A stretch of 64,000 nucleotides of DNA from Vicinamibacterales bacterium. Its GTDB lineage: Bacteria > Acidobacteriota > Vicinamibacteria > Vicinamibacterales > JAMQPK01. The translations under genes and the position numbers were made by a program. Below are positions 32,535 to 41,387 of this stretch, one piece after another; positions within the stretch are counted from its first letter, which is position 1, and each line of letters opens with the position of its first letter. The stretch covers positions 29,122 through 93,121 of the forward strand of contig DATEEI010000106.1 of the NCBI GenBank assembly GCA_035281225.1, in the 5' to 3' direction. The notes below the pieces were generated by a model, which saw only the letters and a program-made list of their open reading frames with translations, was not told where the DNA came from and made no database searches.

Positions 32535-33518
32535 ATGAACCCTGAGCTCTCGCTCGTCATTCCCATCCGCAACGAATCGCCGAATATCGGGGCCCTCTAC
32601 ACCGAACTCACGGAGGCGCTCGAACGGTGGGGGCGGAGCTACGAAGTCATTGCTGTTGATGACGGCAGCACCGACGACAGCTTCGAGTGCCTCGCACGAT
32701 GCCAGCAGCGAGATCCCCGCTGGCGCATCATCCGGTTCCGCCGAAACTTCGGGCAGACCGCTGCCTTTGCCGCTGGTTTCAGGCACGCACGCGGTCGTCT
32801 GATCGCAACCTCGGACGGCGATCTTCAGAACGATCCGCGCGATCTGCCCGACATGATTTGCCGCATCGAGGAGGGCAACGACATCGTCTGCGGCTGGCGG
32901 AAAGCGCGCAAGGACGCATGGCTGACGCGCCGCGTCCCCTCGGCTATGGCCAACATCCTCATCTCATGGTCGACCGGCGTGAAGCTGCACGACTATGGAT
33001 GTTCGCTGAAGGTCTTTCGATCGGAGGTGGTGAAGCCGATCAAGCTCTACGGAGAGATGCATCGATTCCTTCCCGCGATCGCGAGCGAAATGGGCGTGAA
33101 GATCGCCGAGGTCGTCGTCAACCATCGCGCGCGAAAGCACGGCACGTCGAACTACGGCCTCTCGAGGACGTTTCGCGTCGTGCTCGATCTCCTGACGGTG
33201 AAATTTCTCTTGAGTTACTCGACGCGCCCCCTGCAGATGTTCGGATTGATTGGCGTGCCGATGGGCCTGATCGGGTTTCTTATTGCGGTATTTCTTTCCT
33301 ACGAACGGTTGTTTGGATATGAGTCGATCGCCAACCGCCCGCTGCTGTTGCTCGCCGTACTGCTGATTTTCTCGGGTATTCAACTCCTTACGATGGGACT
33401 GCTGGCCGAAATCATGTCGCGGACCTATCACGAATCGCAAGACAAGCCCACCTACGTGATCAGGGAAGTGCGCGAGACCTCGCAGGGAGAAGCGCGCCCG
33501 CATTCGCTGAGCGTCTAG
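32535..33518 (+). CDS. GT2 polyprenol-phosphate glycosyltransferase (ArnC/GtrB/Ppm-like) with two C-terminal TM segments
   Basis: LSLVIPIRNE, VIAVDDGSTDDS, SDGDLQNDP (DxD) and YGEMHRFLP, plus C-terminal TM helices. Confidence 0.85.
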   Translation: MNPELSLVIPIRNESPNIGALYTELTEALERWGRSYEVIAVDDGSTDDSFECLARCQQRDPRWRIIRFRRNFGQTAAFAAGFRHARGRLIATSDGDLQNDPRDLPDMICRIEEGNDIVCGWRKARKDAWLTRRVPSAMANILISWSTGVKLHDYGCSLKVFRSEVVKPIKLYGEMHRFLPAIASEMGVKIAEVVVNHRARKHGTSNYGLSRTFRVVLDLLTVKFLLSYSTRPLQMFGLIGVPMGLIGFLIAVFLSYERLFGYESIANRPLLLLAVLLIFSGIQLLTMGLLAEIMSRTYHESQDKPTYVIREVRETSQGEARPHSLSV

Positions 33519-35626
33519 TCGTCCGAGACAAACGCGACCCAGGCGCCGAGCAGCCTGCGGTCACGGCTCTGTTCGATCTCCGCAGGCACGAAGCCTTCGC
33601 TCGTTCCGATTGTCAACGAAATGAACCGGTCCCCCTCCTTCGAGGGCACCACCACGCGTTCGGTTACGCCAGGCGTGAGCGCGAGTGTGTGCGACCATCC
33701 GCCCGTCGAGAGGGCGACGGCATTGGGCCGCGCGCCACTGTGAACGTCTATCGTCATGGCTGCACGGCTCGCATCTGGTTTCATCACTGTCATTCGTGCA
33801 CTGGCGCGTCCACTCACCCAGAATCCGCTCGGTTCCGGATATGCGTGCCCGTCGTGAAAGAAGACGGTCGCCGGCTCGAATGCGGCGGCCGACAGCACTG
33901 TTGCGGTCGGAAATCGCTTGCGCATCTCTACAACGCGCACCGGCGAGACGCGCAGTTCGGCAATCGCCGCCTCCACGTGGCGCGCGGCGCGAAACCCGAC
34001 GAATTCGGCGTCGAGCGGCACCTCGAATGTCTGCCGGATGCGCTCACCGGGAGCGAGCGCCAACCGCCATGTCTCAATCGGGCGACCTTCCCGGCCGATC
34101 TGCAATCCGATAGCGGCAGGGGGCACCAGCACACCTTGAGACGGTGCTCCTTTCAGTTCGAGCGTGTACGAGCCCGCAGGAAGGCGGAAGCGTGTGTTCA
34201 AGACCACGCGGACGGGCTGGCGGCCCGTGCGCTGCCCAGGAACGGCAGACAACACGAACACCGGAGGCAGCTCGTCTGGTCGAGCGACTGAAAATGGGTT
34301 ATAGCGAAGTGCAATGGGACGCGCGAGGGGATCGAAGGTTTCGAGAAGAGGGAACAGCCCGCGACCCTCGACATCGAACCGCTCGGTCTGGTTGGACGCG
34401 AAGGCAGCGGTTGCAGAAACGACGGCAACGGACAAGACCGCGACGGTGGCGGTGACCCATAGGGCGGCATGGCCAGCTGACGGAGCTTCGCGCCTGGAGA
34501 ATATCCACGCGGCAAATCCAAGCGCGCCCAGCCATACGACAACGCGAATTGAGGCGGCACGTTCGGCGCCTGCGACATAGCTCGGCGCCTCGTGCCATAG
34601 CTGCCACGTCGGCGACATCCCACGCAGGAACGACGACACACCGTCACCTTGCTGGGCGAGCGCTGCGCCCTGACCTTGAAGTGCGAGGCTCAGCGTAATG
34701 GCAATGCTGACAAGCAGCAGACATTGCATGCCGGCGCGTGACAGAGATGCAGGCGACGTGCGCGCATACAGCCACGCAATCGGCGGTACGAGGAACGGCA
34801 GCAGCAAGAGCACCGGACGACCGGGCATCATCGATCGGTGCCACCATGGGTCTACCGCCCCCGGAAGGGCCAAGAGAGCGACAGACGCAAGAACAAGCAG
34901 GGCTCCGAGTGGCCGGCGCCATCGTTCGCGCACCATGCCGGCAAGTCCGACAAACGCCAACAACAGCACGGGTGCGTAGAGCGTGATTCCGAACTCCTGA
35001 TCGAACACGACTCCTAGCGTGCCCGCCCGCCATGTCGACAGTCTCGCAGATGGCAATTCTCGAACGCGGCCGACGAGCTCGGCGAACGCATGCGGAAAGA
35101 CACGCGCGTTCAGAACGAACGGCGCGCTCAGAAAGACGGCGGCGCATGCGAAGATCCAGCCTGCGTGCGCAGGGTTGACTCCCAGCGGAGAAAACCCGAA
35201 ACGCTTGGCCAGGTCGGGAAGAATGAGCCACAAGACCTGCCCAATCACGACAAGCCACATCAGCCATCGGCCCGGTCCTGCGAACAGCCGTAGGGCGGGT
35301 AACCAGTCGGCAAGCCAGGGTAGATAGGGAAGCAGGAGGAACGACAGCCCAAACAAGGGCAGCAGCGCTGGTCGAACCGGACCCCAGAACGATCGCCGAT
35401 CGTCGCGATGCCGAAGCAGGGCCGCTATCCCGGCGGCGAATAGGAGCGTGAGAACGACGAGTCCCGCAAGCTCGGCGAGCGACGGCAGCATCGCCACACG
35501 CTCTGGCACCGCGGTTGTGCCCGCAACATCAAGTGATCCGCGGCTGATCCAGAGTGCCATCCCGGCGACGATGGCGGCTCCGACCGGGACGATGACATCT
35601 TGCCGAGTCTTGTTCTCGGAGGTCAC
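33515..35626 (-). CDS. Large polytopic membrane protein with a C-terminal ~330-aa extracytoplasmic domain (unknown function; last gene of the VTC/CotH operon)
   Basis: More than 10 predicted TM helices, then a soluble beta-rich domain. Start set at GTG 35626, which forms a GTGA overlap with the upstream stop and follows GGGAGA. ATG 35662 is the alternative. The ORF-track N-terminal extension was rejected. Confidence 0.5.
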   Translation of the reverse strand: MTSENKTRQDVIVPVGAAIVAGMALWISRGSLDVAGTTAVPERVAMLPSLAELAGLVVLTLLFAAGIAALLRHRDDRRSFWGPVRPALLPLFGLSFLLLPYLPWLADWLPALRLFAGPGRWLMWLVVIGQVLWLILPDLAKRFGFSPLGVNPAHAGWIFACAAVFLSAPFVLNARVFPHAFAELVGRVRELPSARLSTWRAGTLGVVFDQEFGITLYAPVLLLAFVGLAGMVRERWRRPLGALLVLASVALLALPGAVDPWWHRSMMPGRPVLLLLPFLVPPIAWLYARTSPASLSRAGMQCLLLVSIAITLSLALQGQGAALAQQGDGVSSFLRGMSPTWQLWHEAPSYVAGAERAASIRVVVWLGALGFAAWIFSRREAPSAGHAALWVTATVAVLSVAVVSATAAFASNQTERFDVEGRGLFPLLETFDPLARPIALRYNPFSVARPDELPPVFVLSAVPGQRTGRQPVRVVLNTRFRLPAGSYTLELKGAPSQGVLVPPAAIGLQIGREGRPIETWRLALAPGERIRQTFEVPLDAEFVGFRAARHVEAAIAELRVSPVRVVEMRKRFPTATVLSAAAFEPATVFFHDGHAYPEPSGFWVSGRASARMTVMKPDASRAAMTIDVHSGARPNAVALSTGGWSHTLALTPGVTERVVVPSKEGDRFISLTIGTSEGFVPAEIEQSRDRRLLGAWVAFVSDD

Positions 35627-37860
35627 CGAGAGGATCTCCCGTCTTGGTTGGCCCGAACGCATCTGAAGCCGACGTAGAGATTGTGTCGTCCTCTGCGTGA
35701 AAGAGCCGCCCGTTCCGATACGCGGAGCCGTGGAATGAGGTTGTCCCAGCCGCCTCCTTTGATCGTCCGCAGGTCGTATCCGGTACGCCCTGGCTCTGAC
35801 GCATGGGTCGGTCGAAATTCGCTGGCGGTCCATTCCCACACGTTGCCCGCCATGTCGTGCAATCCAAAGCTGTTCGCCGGAAACGATGCCACAGGCGCAG
35901 TGACGTCGAACCGCTCCGTTCGCAGAGTGTGGCGGCCGTTCGCCTGCCCCGTAAACTCGTCGCCCCACGGAAACAGTTTTCCGTCGAGCCCGCCTCGCGC
36001 GGCGTATTCCCATTCCTGTTCTGTCGGCAGGCGGCCGCCGACCCACCCGCAATAGGCGGATGCCTCATCCCATGTGACGTTGACGACAGGGTGCGTACCA
36101 TCGGCATACGACTCGGGCTGGCGTGGCATCTGTCGTGAGGTAGTGGAGGCGAACGCGCGAAAGTCGTCAGCCGAAACCTCCCGATCGAGCATGTCGAACG
36201 GATGGGCGAACGTGATGCGCACCCGCGGGAGCTCTGCCTCGCTGCAACGGTCATCACCCGGGACGCAGCCCATCCAGGAGTCGCCGGGCGGAATCGTTCG
36301 CCATGCCACGCGCGCAGGCGGAACCGGCCCACGTGGAAGAGGCATAAGTGGGGAAACGGTGCTCCGAGCCGGAGTGCTCTCAAAGAGCGCTTCGATTTGC
36401 GTGGCCTGCTCTGCTTTGAATTTCAAGGGTCCCGCGCCCCGAATCAGGCGGCCGTTGAGTGTCCATCCCGAAAACCCCGAGCGGTGTTCGTCGGCGATCT
36501 CCGCTGTCAATTCGAGGTCGGGAAAATAGAGCCCTTCATATCCGTCATTGACCGCCACACCCTCGATCAGCACTCGAACTCCTCGTGGTGCTGCGATGCT
36601 GACGCGCTGGCTCGGCGGTGTGTTCAGCCACTGTTCCGTTATGTGTCTGAAGTAGGTACGGCGCCGCTCCAGAAATCTCCGCAGCCGCGGAAGGTAATCG
36701 AGACGCCGCACTTCCATGTGGGTCGCTATTGTCAGGTAGTGCTCGTACCGCTCCATCAGGAACGCATCGGTGAGCTGATGGTTGAGCGCGCCCTGGACGA
36801 CGCGCTTGAGGTACTCGCGATACTGCGCGTCTTCTGCAATGAGCTGCGACAGGATAACCGCGCGCGGCTCGGCGCGATTTCGTCCCCGCCGACCCTCGGC
36901 CACGCGCTCGAGCAAATATTGGTAGCTGTCGTGATTCCAGTCGCGAAAGCTCTGGTCCATGTCCCAGTTGACCCAGAACCAGCCGGCGGTCTTCTTGGTC
37001 TGATCTAGGAACTGCCCCGGTCCTTGATACGCGTCCCGCGTGGCCGAAAATGCCACGGCGACAAACCATCGCGTGAGATTGTCGATGTTGACGCGCTCCG
37101 ACACATTCGCCATCGTCAGCGGACGAGTGTTACGCACCCACGCGAACAGCTTGTCCATCTCATCCTGGCTCAGCAGGATGTCGTCGTAACCCCAGTGCGC
37201 GGCAAAGAAGCGCTGGTCGAACCGCTCCGTCAGCACAAACGGGCCGTAGTACTCGCCGTTCAGATAGAAGCGCACCGGCTGCGTTTCGGGAGCAATCGCG
37301 CCAATGGCTCGGGCGATGTCGTACGCGAGCGGGTTGACGAAGTACCAGTTCACTTTGCCGTCACGCCGCACATCGTCGTGCACGACGATGCGACGAACGG
37401 GCTGTGCGGCCGGACTGAAGAACACGCCGGGCGACGCCGCTCGAGGACCATACTGCCTCCGGAAGTACAACCGGAATCCAGGCCGTGGGGACGTAATACG
37501 GCTTCCTCCTCCATGGATGCGCACGCCGACCCCCGAGGCAAAGACGAGCTTGCTGTTCTCGAAGTACGACATGCTGCCTTCGCGTTCCCACTGTCGGCCA
37601 TGCTCCGCCTTGTTGGGCAGAATGCCTCTGACGGGATCGTTCAGATCGGCGTCGTCGAGGGTGAGCGACAGCACAGGCCGGCCGCTGGCGATTTCCCTCA
37701 TGGGGACCGCGCTCGAGCTCGGCAGGGCCTCGGGGCTCCACTGCACCGCGAATCGCCACAACGGGAAGAGGTTGGCTGATTCGAGCTTCACCATGGCAAC
37801 GCACGTCGCCACGGTCGCGACGATGAGCAGCCACGAGGGGATCCGCCGCCGCGAAGGCAT
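35623..37860 (-). CDS. Signal-anchored CotH-family atypical kinase fused to a C-terminal FGE-sulfatase (SUMF1-like) domain
   Basis: N-terminal anchor MPSRRRIPSWLLIVATVATCVAMV. CotH-like VGVRIHGGGSRITSPRPGFRLYFRRQYG...YDIARAIG...VRFYLNGEYYGPFVLTERFD. FGE-like HPVVNVTWDEASAYCGWVGGRLPTEQEWEYAARGG...GLHDMAGNVWEWT...IKGGGWD...VGFRCVR. Confidence 0.7.
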   Translation of the reverse strand: MPSRRRIPSWLLIVATVATCVAMVKLESANLFPLWRFAVQWSPEALPSSSAVPMREIASGRPVLSLTLDDADLNDPVRGILPNKAEHGRQWEREGSMSYFENSKLVFASGVGVRIHGGGSRITSPRPGFRLYFRRQYGPRAASPGVFFSPAAQPVRRIVVHDDVRRDGKVNWYFVNPLAYDIARAIGAIAPETQPVRFYLNGEYYGPFVLTERFDQRFFAAHWGYDDILLSQDEMDKLFAWVRNTRPLTMANVSERVNIDNLTRWFVAVAFSATRDAYQGPGQFLDQTKKTAGWFWVNWDMDQSFRDWNHDSYQYLLERVAEGRRGRNRAEPRAVILSQLIAEDAQYREYLKRVVQGALNHQLTDAFLMERYEHYLTIATHMEVRRLDYLPRLRRFLERRRTYFRHITEQWLNTPPSQRVSIAAPRGVRVLIEGVAVNDGYEGLYFPDLELTAEIADEHRSGFSGWTLNGRLIRGAGPLKFKAEQATQIEALFESTPARSTVSPLMPLPRGPVPPARVAWRTIPPGDSWMGCVPGDDRCSEAELPRVRITFAHPFDMLDREVSADDFRAFASTTSRQMPRQPESYADGTHPVVNVTWDEASAYCGWVGGRLPTEQEWEYAARGGLDGKLFPWGDEFTGQANGRHTLRTERFDVTAPVASFPANSFGLHDMAGNVWEWTASEFRPTHASEPGRTGYDLRTIKGGGWDNLIPRLRVSERAALSRRGRHNLYVGFRCVRANQDGRSSR

Positions 37861-38556
37861 TTACAGCGCGCCTGGTCTGTTGAAGAAGACGTTATACGAC
37901 GAAGGGCCTGTCGCGGCGTCGAGATCGGCTTGCAGCCCGGTGAGCGCGTCGGTCGCGATGTCCTGGAAGTTGTAGGACACCACCGTTTCGCCGTTGGACT
38001 GCGACACGCTTTCGAGCCTGGCTTTCGGGAGTCGCCTGCGTAGTACCGCTGTCACAGCTGCCGGATCGGCCGGCCGTCCATTCGCGGGGAAGGAGATGAC
38101 GATGATGCCATCCGAATCGGCGCCCATGAAACGCCGTGTCAGCACCTGGCCGAACAGGGCGGCGAGCCCGACGACCAGGATGATGCCGACGAACGCCAGC
38201 TTGAACGTGGCGACAGCGATCGACGAGGCGATGACCAGCATGATGAAGCCGATCTCCTCGGGTTCTTTGATCGGCGTGCGGAAGCGGACGATTGACAGGG
38301 CTCCGAGCAGGCCGAGCGAAAGGGGGAGCGAGAATTGAATCGCAATGAAGATCGCAGTGATCGAGATGCTCAGCAACGGAAAGGCTCGATGCACCTGACT
38401 GCCGGTGGCCCGGTTCGAATAGAAGTGCACGTAGAGGTACGCGATGAACAGCGATGAGAGCAGCGAGACACCCATCAGCATGAGGAACGCCAGCGGCGTC
38501 ACTTGCGGGCCGGTGCCCTGTGCGAACGTGCCAAATAAGTTGTTCAGCCGCTCCAT
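37861..38556 (-). CDS. DUF4956-family membrane protein
   Basis: Four TM segments with the family-typical GLLGALSIVRFRTPIKEPEEIGF core and a C-terminal soluble domain. Abuts the CotH gene. Confidence 0.6.
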   Translation of the reverse strand: MERLNNLFGTFAQGTGPQVTPLAFLMLMGVSLLSSLFIAYLYVHFYSNRATGSQVHRAFPLLSISITAIFIAIQFSLPLSLGLLGALSIVRFRTPIKEPEEIGFIMLVIASSIAVATFKLAFVGIILVVGLAALFGQVLTRRFMGADSDGIIVISFPANGRPADPAAVTAVLRRRLPKARLESVSQSNGETVVSYNFQDIATDALTGLQADLDAATGPSSYNVFFNRPGAL

Positions 38557-38560
38557 GACG

Positions 38561-39286
38561 TTAGAGAACCTCGCGCATCATATGTGCGTACACAGTCAGA
38601 AACTTCGAGAACGAGCGCTTGTGGATTCCGAGGTGCAGCAACGGTTTCAACGTGCGCGGAAGGCGATCGCCCGAACCTTTCACTTCGAGCACCGCCGACG
38701 CCAGCGGCGATCGATCCCCCGGCACGAGCCGCGGATGCACGGCGACGCCCGCGATGTCCGCGTCGAGACTGACCCGCGAGCGGGTCGGTAGATCGAGGAA
38801 CCGGTCGCGGCGGTAGCGGAGGAGCATCAGCGGTTGCCACGATTCGTGGCCGAGAATGCCGTGCTGACGTAACAGAGACGGGATAGTCAACAGGCGCGAG
38901 TCCTGAAGGCTCCACTGTGCGATCTCGCCGGCCGCCCACGACAGCCGTTCGCGCACTTTCGAACGGCGCGTCCCCACGCGAAGTTTGGCTTCGACGAATG
39001 CCGGTCCTGATACGCGGCCGTGCAAATCGGAATACCACCGAATCCTGATCTTCCGCTTCAGGTAGTCGCTGTTGATCTTTCCCGCCAGCGAAACGAGAGC
39101 GGGCGTGTCGTAATAAATCGTCCAGACGATGGCCGCCGGAAACTCGGGATCGCGCCGGCAAACGCGTTCGAGCCAGCGGCGTGCGAGGTGCACTCGTCCG
39201 ATTGGCAACGCGAACTTGAGCTCGCGCTCATCTTCGCCGGAGACGTGCGGGGCGGGAGCATTCTGCGTCGCCTCGGGACTAAGCAT
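38561..39286 (-). CDS. VTC-domain (CYTH-like polyphosphate polymerase tunnel domain) protein
   Basis: ERELKFALP..., WTIYYDTPAL...YLKRKIRIRWY...FVEAKLRVGTRRSKVR and VLEVKG follow the pattern of the VTC/CYTH fold. Start set at Met69 (ATG 39286), avoiding overlap with the upstream gene. Confidence 0.6.
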   Translation of the reverse strand: MLSPEATQNAPAPHVSGEDERELKFALPIGRVHLARRWLERVCRRDPEFPAAIVWTIYYDTPALVSLAGKINSDYLKRKIRIRWYSDLHGRVSGPAFVEAKLRVGTRRSKVRERLSWAAGEIAQWSLQDSRLLTIPSLLRQHGILGHESWQPLMLLRYRRDRFLDLPTRSRVSLDADIAGVAVHPRLVPGDRSPLASAVLEVKGSGDRLPRTLKPLLHLGIHKRSFSKFLTVYAHMMREVL

Positions 39287-39317
39287 CGACAACTTGAAGG
39301 CTGCAGTATAGCAAGGT

Positions 39318-41387
39318 TCAGGGCGCGAAAATGATGTCGCGCGTCTGTACGCCGAGTAGCCGTCCCGTTCCGCGAGGCCGCCATGGTGGCTCGATCTTGA
39401 CGTGCACCCAGTTGACATCGGGATTCTTCGGCGGGGGCAGCGCATGCTTGAGGGTGACCCATGACTGGTCCTTGAGAGCGAAGACGCCAAGGACCCGATC
39501 GCCGGCCGACACGGTGACGGTCTGAGGAATGGCGGCGATCGATCGGACCTTCATCTCGAACACACGCGTGCCGGGACGCACGTGAAAGAAGACATTCGGC
39601 ATGCTCCACCGATATTCGACACCCGATCGGCTTCGATGCGTTTCATAGAGGCCGCGTGCGCGTGCAGCCTCGGTCGCGGCCCCGGCGTAGATGGTCTCAA
39701 TAAGCTTCCAGTTCGCGCCGTCGAGCACGCGGCCGTCAATCTGGAGAATATCCAGCGTGTCGAAGTACTGCTGGCTCCAGTCCTCGTGCTCCCAGTCATA
39801 CATGGCCCATGCACGAGAACGTGGCGCATGGTCGGCGAGTGTCAACGCAGGTACACCGGGCAGTGCGTGTGCGACGCCAATGCCCTCGAGCACGGTGCCG
39901 GGGATGTCGGTAATCGACGTGGGCGCTTCAGACACTCGCACCGGGCCTTGACTGTCGAGCGGTTTCACGACCAGAAGCGCCATTGCCTTGCCTGCGAGGG
40001 TCGACAACTGACCCGCAGGCGTCGGCCTGTCGTTCTCGAAACTCGGAGGGGCGAACCCGATGCCATGGTCCGACGAGATGACGACGAACGTCTTGTCGTA
40101 GACGCCCATCTCCTTCAGGCGATCCAGAATCGCCGCCGTTCTCCTCACCGCGCATCGTGCCTGCTCTTTGTACGAATCGCGCGTGGCCCGGACGACGCCG
40201 ATGAACTGACAGTCGGCGTTTACGGCGACTGGCTGGTGGGGGATGCCGACATGAATGAACTTATAGAGCGGTTCGTCCGTGCCGAGCGTCAACCGGCGCG
40301 CGAAATCGCGGAGGACCACCGCTCCGTTGACAGGATGATGTCGGCGCGTGCGGGTGTCCCCGGGGCCGAACCGCGTCTGCAGCCGCCATGACTGTTCGTT
40401 GTAAATCGACGGTCGCAGGATGTGAGGTGCATGCCTGAAGAGTGACAGGTCGGCCAGTTGCCACGCGGTGAACTGTGTGTAGTCCTCGTAGCTCACGTAC
40501 GGGCGCGGCATTCGATAGTAGTTCGTGGCCGATTCCTTATCGTGGTGCATGCCGGTCACGCTGTCGACACGATACGCACCGGCGCGGAGCGACTTGAAGA
40601 GCGATCCCTGTTGGAAGACGTTGCGGACGTAGGTCTGCAACCCTCGCTCGTTGCGATACACCCGCCCCGTGAGCATCGCCGGAATGCTGGCGATCGTGGT
40701 GGGAAACGCGCCTGTGTGATTGGCGAAGAACACGGCACCCGACAGGCTGCGGTCGAGCGCGCGGCGCTCCTCAGCGAGAATCTCGCCGAATACATCGGAC
40801 TGAAATCCGTCGAGGACGATATGAAGGACGTTCTGCTTTCTGGAAAGCTCGAACATGGAGTCGGACAGACCGTCCCATTTCGCCGGAGTTGCCCGATCGG
40901 CGCGTACCGCAGATGCGACGAGGACTGCCAGCTGCAGCGCCACGAGAGCGCCGCTGGCGAACGGTGCGATCGGGAACGTGTGCCGCGCCGCGACAACCGA
41001 CAGCGCTGGGACGGCAATCCAGAGCGCCATCTCGTACGGATTGCGCCACGATTCGATCGTCCAGTCGATGACGGCGCCCGTAAATGGGCCGTAGTCGGCC
41101 ACGAGAAAATTGCCCTGTATCCACAGCACGAGGCCGAGACCGAACAGCAGCGACACGTACGGGCGAAATAGCATGTTCGGGAGCACGACCGCCAGCGCGA
41201 CAAGGACGAGCACAAGACCGGCGCCCGTGAACAGTAGCGGACGAACGAGCACCCAGAACGGCGCGTTGAACTCTGCTTCGTTGCCAGAGAAAATCGTGAA
41301 GGGACCGAACAGGCAGAGCGGCAGCACGACGAGCAGGGCGGGGACGAGCGAGCTCGTCAGCCGTTTCTTCCAATTGTGCTCCGTCAT
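39318..41387 (-). CDS. Membrane-anchored alkaline-phosphatase-superfamily transferase (LtaS/EptA/MdoB-like 'sulfatase' fold)
   Basis: Five to six N-terminal TM segments. VLHIVLDGFQSDVF metal site, HTGAFPTTIASIPAMLTG (Thr where true sulfatases have C/S-x-P-x-R) and VVISSDHG. Confidence 0.7.
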   Translation of the reverse strand: MTEHNWKKRLTSSLVPALLVVLPLCLFGPFTIFSGNEAEFNAPFWVLVRPLLFTGAGLVLVLVALAVVLPNMLFRPYVSLLFGLGLVLWIQGNFLVADYGPFTGAVIDWTIESWRNPYEMALWIAVPALSVVAARHTFPIAPFASGALVALQLAVLVASAVRADRATPAKWDGLSDSMFELSRKQNVLHIVLDGFQSDVFGEILAEERRALDRSLSGAVFFANHTGAFPTTIASIPAMLTGRVYRNERGLQTYVRNVFQQGSLFKSLRAGAYRVDSVTGMHHDKESATNYYRMPRPYVSYEDYTQFTAWQLADLSLFRHAPHILRPSIYNEQSWRLQTRFGPGDTRTRRHHPVNGAVVLRDFARRLTLGTDEPLYKFIHVGIPHQPVAVNADCQFIGVVRATRDSYKEQARCAVRRTAAILDRLKEMGVYDKTFVVISSDHGIGFAPPSFENDRPTPAGQLSTLAGKAMALLVVKPLDSQGPVRVSEAPTSITDIPGTVLEGIGVAHALPGVPALTLADHAPRSRAWAMYDWEHEDWSQQYFDTLDILQIDGRVLDGANWKLIETIYAGAATEAARARGLYETHRSRSGVEYRWSMPNVFFHVRPGTRVFEMKVRSIAAIPQTVTVSAGDRVLGVFALKDQSWVTLKHALPPPKNPDVNWVHVKIEPPWRPRGTGRLLGVQTRDIIFAP

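Noticed and set aside
35627-36052. N-terminal extension of ORF 33515-36052 overlapping the CotH/FGE gene.
   Set aside because: The extension is Arg-rich with no TM segments or motifs, and it lies inside a well-supported FGE domain read in another frame. A GTGA-coupled GTG start preceded by GGGAGA fits better.
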